Assembly (NCBI RefSeq): GCF_026210795.1
Contig: NC_089432.1
Span: 2,232,001 to 2,296,000 of the forward strand
DNA from: Rhizophagus irregularis
Taxonomy: Eukaryota
Direction: 5' to 3'
Length of the DNA stretch: 64,000 nt
The translations under genes and the position numbers were made by a program. This document shows positions 59,916 to 64,000 of this stretch, in pieces (position 1 is the first letter of the stretch; every line of letters starts with the position of its first letter). The notes beneath the pieces were generated by a model. It saw only the letters and a program-made list of their open reading frames with translations. It did not search any database and had not been told where the DNA came from.

Positions 59916-62739
59916 TGTTCCAAAATTAACATGCCAAAATTGCGCATGTTGGGCCAGAATTAAAAAATCGGGTCACGTGACATTAAATTATGGCCCATGG
60001 GCCGCCCATATAAGGTTATAACCTATGCATTTGTGACATAAATCGTAAGGTTATAACCTTTGATGATCACCCGAATGGGGTGCATAATTATCATGCACAT
60101 CTTAATAAGGTTAACTCAGGGCATACTATTGAATAACTGTGAAGCTCTATCTCTTTACAGACGAAGGTCTATCGTAAGTATGGTTGTCATACCGTAACTA
60201 CCGGCAAGTAAATGGTAAAACATGTAAAAATAATTATGAATTCCCTATACTATATAAATAAAATATTTCAGTTTATGATATACATTAATAATTCCTTGTG
60301 ATCTTTTTTTTCTTTACACTCTATCTCAAAATATTACATAGAGCCATTTCTTAATACGTTATAATTTTAGAAGAAACTTTTTCTTTTCTTTTATTGGAAG
60401 TAACAAGTTAATACCTGATACCATAATTATACCATTAAATAAATGAGCCATTTTTTAGGGATAATATTTTTGAAGATAAATACATGTTTATTTATTAATA
60501 AGTATCTTATTTATTAAAGTTACAAACTTGGTGAAACTTTGAATAATAATAATGTACCTAATACTTACCTAATTATAAGCATTGCTAATGAGTGTAAAAT
60601 TAAACTATATAATGTTGATTCCTTAATTTAATTTCTGAATATATTTGGGTATATTTTAGTTTATATTTTTACTTTATTTTTTTTATTAATTAATGCAAAG
60701 AAATATTCTTGAAACAATAAATTAATCACACAAATCAGTCAAGAACAGGTCTTTACCAAACAGGAAAATGATTTATATTTAAATCTTTTAAATCTTATTG
60801 ACCTATTTTTGAGTAAAAATATTAAAATTCAATTTAACTAATCATGTTTTCAGGACTGGAATATAATTAATAAAATTTTGAAAGATATAAAATTGATTAA
60901 AAAATATGAAATATCAAAAGTTCATAGAAAACTGACAGTTGCATTAAATTATTTTTCTGAATGATTTATATGTTAATTATTTAGTTATATCTGTTATAGC
61001 AACAGATCATGATCTTTTGATGTAAAGAAATGGACGTATTTAAATGAATTGATCTCATTTAATGTTCAATTGTTGGATTTTCATAGAATATTTTATTTTA
61101 TCATAAGTTTAATAGAAAATAAAATTTACTGAATGTTTTATTTAGTAAGTAATAACTACTTAATCATAAAATAAATTATAATGTTTTATTTAACTTTAAC
61201 TGACTGCAGTTTAATTTTATATTTATTTATGATTTAGTATTTCTTACTAGTAATTTATATTATCAAATTTATTATTTAAATTTGTTTTGCAATTAAATCT
61301 TGTGTAACTATTTTTCGAGTGCTTTTGTCTATAAGTGCTTAAACAAGATTCCTAACCAGAAGCTAAAACCTTGGTTCAAAAACTGGTTTGAAAGCTAACT
61401 TTTTAACGAAACTTATATCTGAAACCCAATCTGGATTCTGGAACGATCCGGTTATATCATGTGATGCCGACAAGCAATAAAATTTTCAATTATCAAATAT
61501 AATATATTAAAGCAATATCATTAGAGTAATTTATTATTATAAATAATACTGCAATTATCTCAATTTATTTCAATCGATGTCTATTCATACATTAGTTAAA
61601 TCATTATCCTTCAAAAATCTTAGTTCTTTAATTAACCCTGTTACGAACCAAGTTTTAAGACAAAGAGCTGCACGAACCTTGTAAACTTTGCTACATTATA
61701 CATTTGTTCACTTGGAATACTTGCTGCTTGAACTATCAGATAATCGTGTGTCATGTTGACAAGTGGAATCCATTATTGCGGATTTTACCTCCCAGTACGG
61801 AGAAAACTATTTCGACTGTTATGACCGGATACACGCCACAAGATAAGGCCAATGTTCGGGAAATAAATATGATTGTTGATCACATATAATATTCACTGGA
61901 AAAGTAAAGAATTAAAGTGCACTATTTTTTTATTTTCATGTCTCTTTCGCCGGTTTGCCCTACAGTATTTATATTCTGTTGCACCCATTCATCTTTGTGA
62001 TTTATCACAACAAAATGCCTTTAATTGTACTGATTCCTGATTTATTACTATATTTTTGTTGACATAAATTGCAAATATTAGATATCTACATTGCATGAAA
62101 GATATTACCAAGTCAGATAACATACATAACTCTTTCACTCATTCATTAATAATTATGGAATTGGGCAAAAAACGTGATTTAGATTAATTTCAATCCCAAG
62201 CTAATCATGATTGCAATTATATATGAATTTTCAATCTTACTCAATGAGTAAGATTGAGATTGAAATAGCTTGTCTGAGTAAAGCCTTTGCTTAGCTACTT
62301 CAAATTTCAACTGAATACAAATTATCCTAAATGAAAATTATGCATAAACGTGCATAAACTTGCGTGAATTTACCATAACCCTGATCTGAATTTCATGTGA
62401 ATTAAAGTTGAAATACTAATCCCAATCTCAAGCTGATCTCAATCTCAATCCCAATCCCAATCTCAATCATATTTTTATGAAGACACTCATTGTTTCATTT
62501 ATATTTAAAAGCTATTTTGTGAATTATCATCAGTATTAGGAGAATAAAATAAGTGTAGATCTATAAAATATTACACGTGTGAAAAAACAATGAATCTACA
62601 CCACTCATGAGTCGTGTCAATAAACAATATACGAGTGTGAAAAATTTAGAGGAATTTTCAATAGTATAAAATAATTGTATTTTAAAATGGCGTAATTTTT
62701 TAAAAATAAAAAAATCGTATAATTATTTCAATTGTAGTA

Positions 62740-62885
62740 AAAAATCATGTAATTTATTTTAATAGTATAAAATCGTGTAACTTCAACAATAAAAAATCAT
62801 GTAATTTATTTTAATAGTATAAAATCGTGTAACTTCAACAATAAAAAATCGTGTAATTATTTCAATAGTATAAAATCGTGTAATA
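62740..62885. repeat. ~51-bp tandem repeat
   Basis: AAAAATCATGTAATTTATTTTAATAGTATAAAATCGTGTAACTTCAACAAT repeated between two and three times. Confidence 0.75.
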
Positions 62886-63769
62886 AATTTAATAGTAAAA
62901 TTATATTTATTTTTTAGCAATAGCATATTTTTTTAATTGTAAATAATAACGTTATTATCAATATATCAAATTTAATAAGAAAGTTCTTTTTTTTTTGTAT
63001 TGTGAAAATTCAATCTATATTATAAATACATAATTAATTACACGTTTAAAATAAAGCTAACATAAAATAAAGCTCACCATTTAATAATAACGCGTTAATT
63101 AATATAAGTGTTCTAATAAAATAAAAAATAAGATAATATGATAATAAGTGATAAGTAAAGCAGAAGTGAGCCAAAATATTTGAGCATACGAAGAAAAACG
63201 TTAATACGTTTCTCAAAATTAAGAAAAAGGTTAAGTTTTGCAAAGTTTACAAAATTTACCATTCTAAAGTCCCACGAAAAAAAGATATACACAGTGTAAT
63301 TCTATCCCAATAAAACTATCAGTAAAAAAGTTTTCAATTATCAGTTTTCTTCCCCTATGAAAAAAGTCTGTGTGATTTTTGTTGAAAAATCATTCAATTA
63401 AATTCACTACGATTTCTGTATATTTGACCATACAATAATTGTGCTAAAAATTGCAATAAATCACACAATTATTGCATGGCAATTCATTCAATAATTATCC
63501 TATTTTTGACCTGAATTTATACAATTATTGTGTGATTTTTGAGCCAAATTTTAGGCCATATTTTAGGAATTATAGGTTAAATTTTACAGTAATAACAGGC
63601 AATTTATAAAGTGAAATTATGAATTTTTATTGACTTAAAATATAAAAAATATACACAATATTTCATAAATAAAATACTAAATTTGATATAATCATAAATA
63701 TAAAAATTTGTAAGAAAATAAAATAAAATAAAGTATGTTAGTAACATGAAAGTAAATTAGTAATATCAA

Positions 63770-64000
63770 AGAAGAAAGTAAATTATTAGTGTGAGTAAAT
63801 TATTAGTATTAAATAAAAAAGTATGAAGTTAGTGAAGAAAGCAAATTAGTAGTGTTAAAAAGTAAATTATTAGTGTTAGTAATAAAAAAGTATGAAGTTA
63901 GTGAAGAAAGCAAATTAGTAGTGTTAAAAAGTAAATTATTAGTGTTAGTAATAAAAAAAAAAGTATGAAGTTAGTGAAGAAAGCAAGTTAGTAACATTAA
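63770..64000. repeat. ~70-bp tandem repeat running to the window end
   Basis: GTATGAAGTTAGTGAAGAAAGCAA at 63821, 63890 and 63963. Confidence 0.8.

Larger units (their letters stand above)
57352..60083. mobile_element. Foldback element: long inverted arms (~1.4 and ~1.1 kb) containing 36-bp tandem hairpin repeats; no transposase
   Basis: Ends GCACCCCATTCGGGTGATCATCAAAGG and its exact reverse complement, flanked by ATAATT on both sides (or TAAT if the ends are TG..CA). Short AT-rich centre at ~58790-58900. Confidence 0.92.

Noticed and set aside
61340..62470. Possible further MITEs (ATCTCA/TGAGAT repeats, short ORF 61704)
   Set aside because: I could not define convincing TIR pairs or TSDs by eye.

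Overview
AT-rich eukaryotic (fungal) DNA. The intron-containing kinase-Sel1 family and the transposon repertoire resemble Glomeromycota such as Rhizophagus (inferred, not verified). The host backbone is four co-oriented paralogues of a 5-exon protein kinase + Sel1-repeat gene: one deleted pseudogene, two intact, one C-terminally truncated. They are separated by dense, nested transposable elements: (1) a young 10.5 kb Ty3/Gypsy LTR element (2360-12846, minus) with apparently identical 1204-bp LTRs, a 4-bp TSD, PBS and PPT; (2) an intact full-length LINE (ORF1 plus APE-RT-RNase H ORF2); (3) a decayed 5'-truncated LINE carrying six nested MITEs; (4) a short LINE fragment; (5) Helitron ends with a PIF1 fragment; (6) many MITEs; (7) a 2.7 kb foldback element built from 36-bp hairpin repeats. 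The standout is the LTR element. Its Pol reads RT-RNase H fused in frame to a P-loop thymidylate/deoxynucleoside-kinase-like domain where integrase should be, and only an out-of-frame integrase GPY/F remnant remains. Gag, protease and RT are separated by single in-frame stops (UGA-CUA and UAG), and an extra 615-aa Cys/acidic ORF precedes gag.
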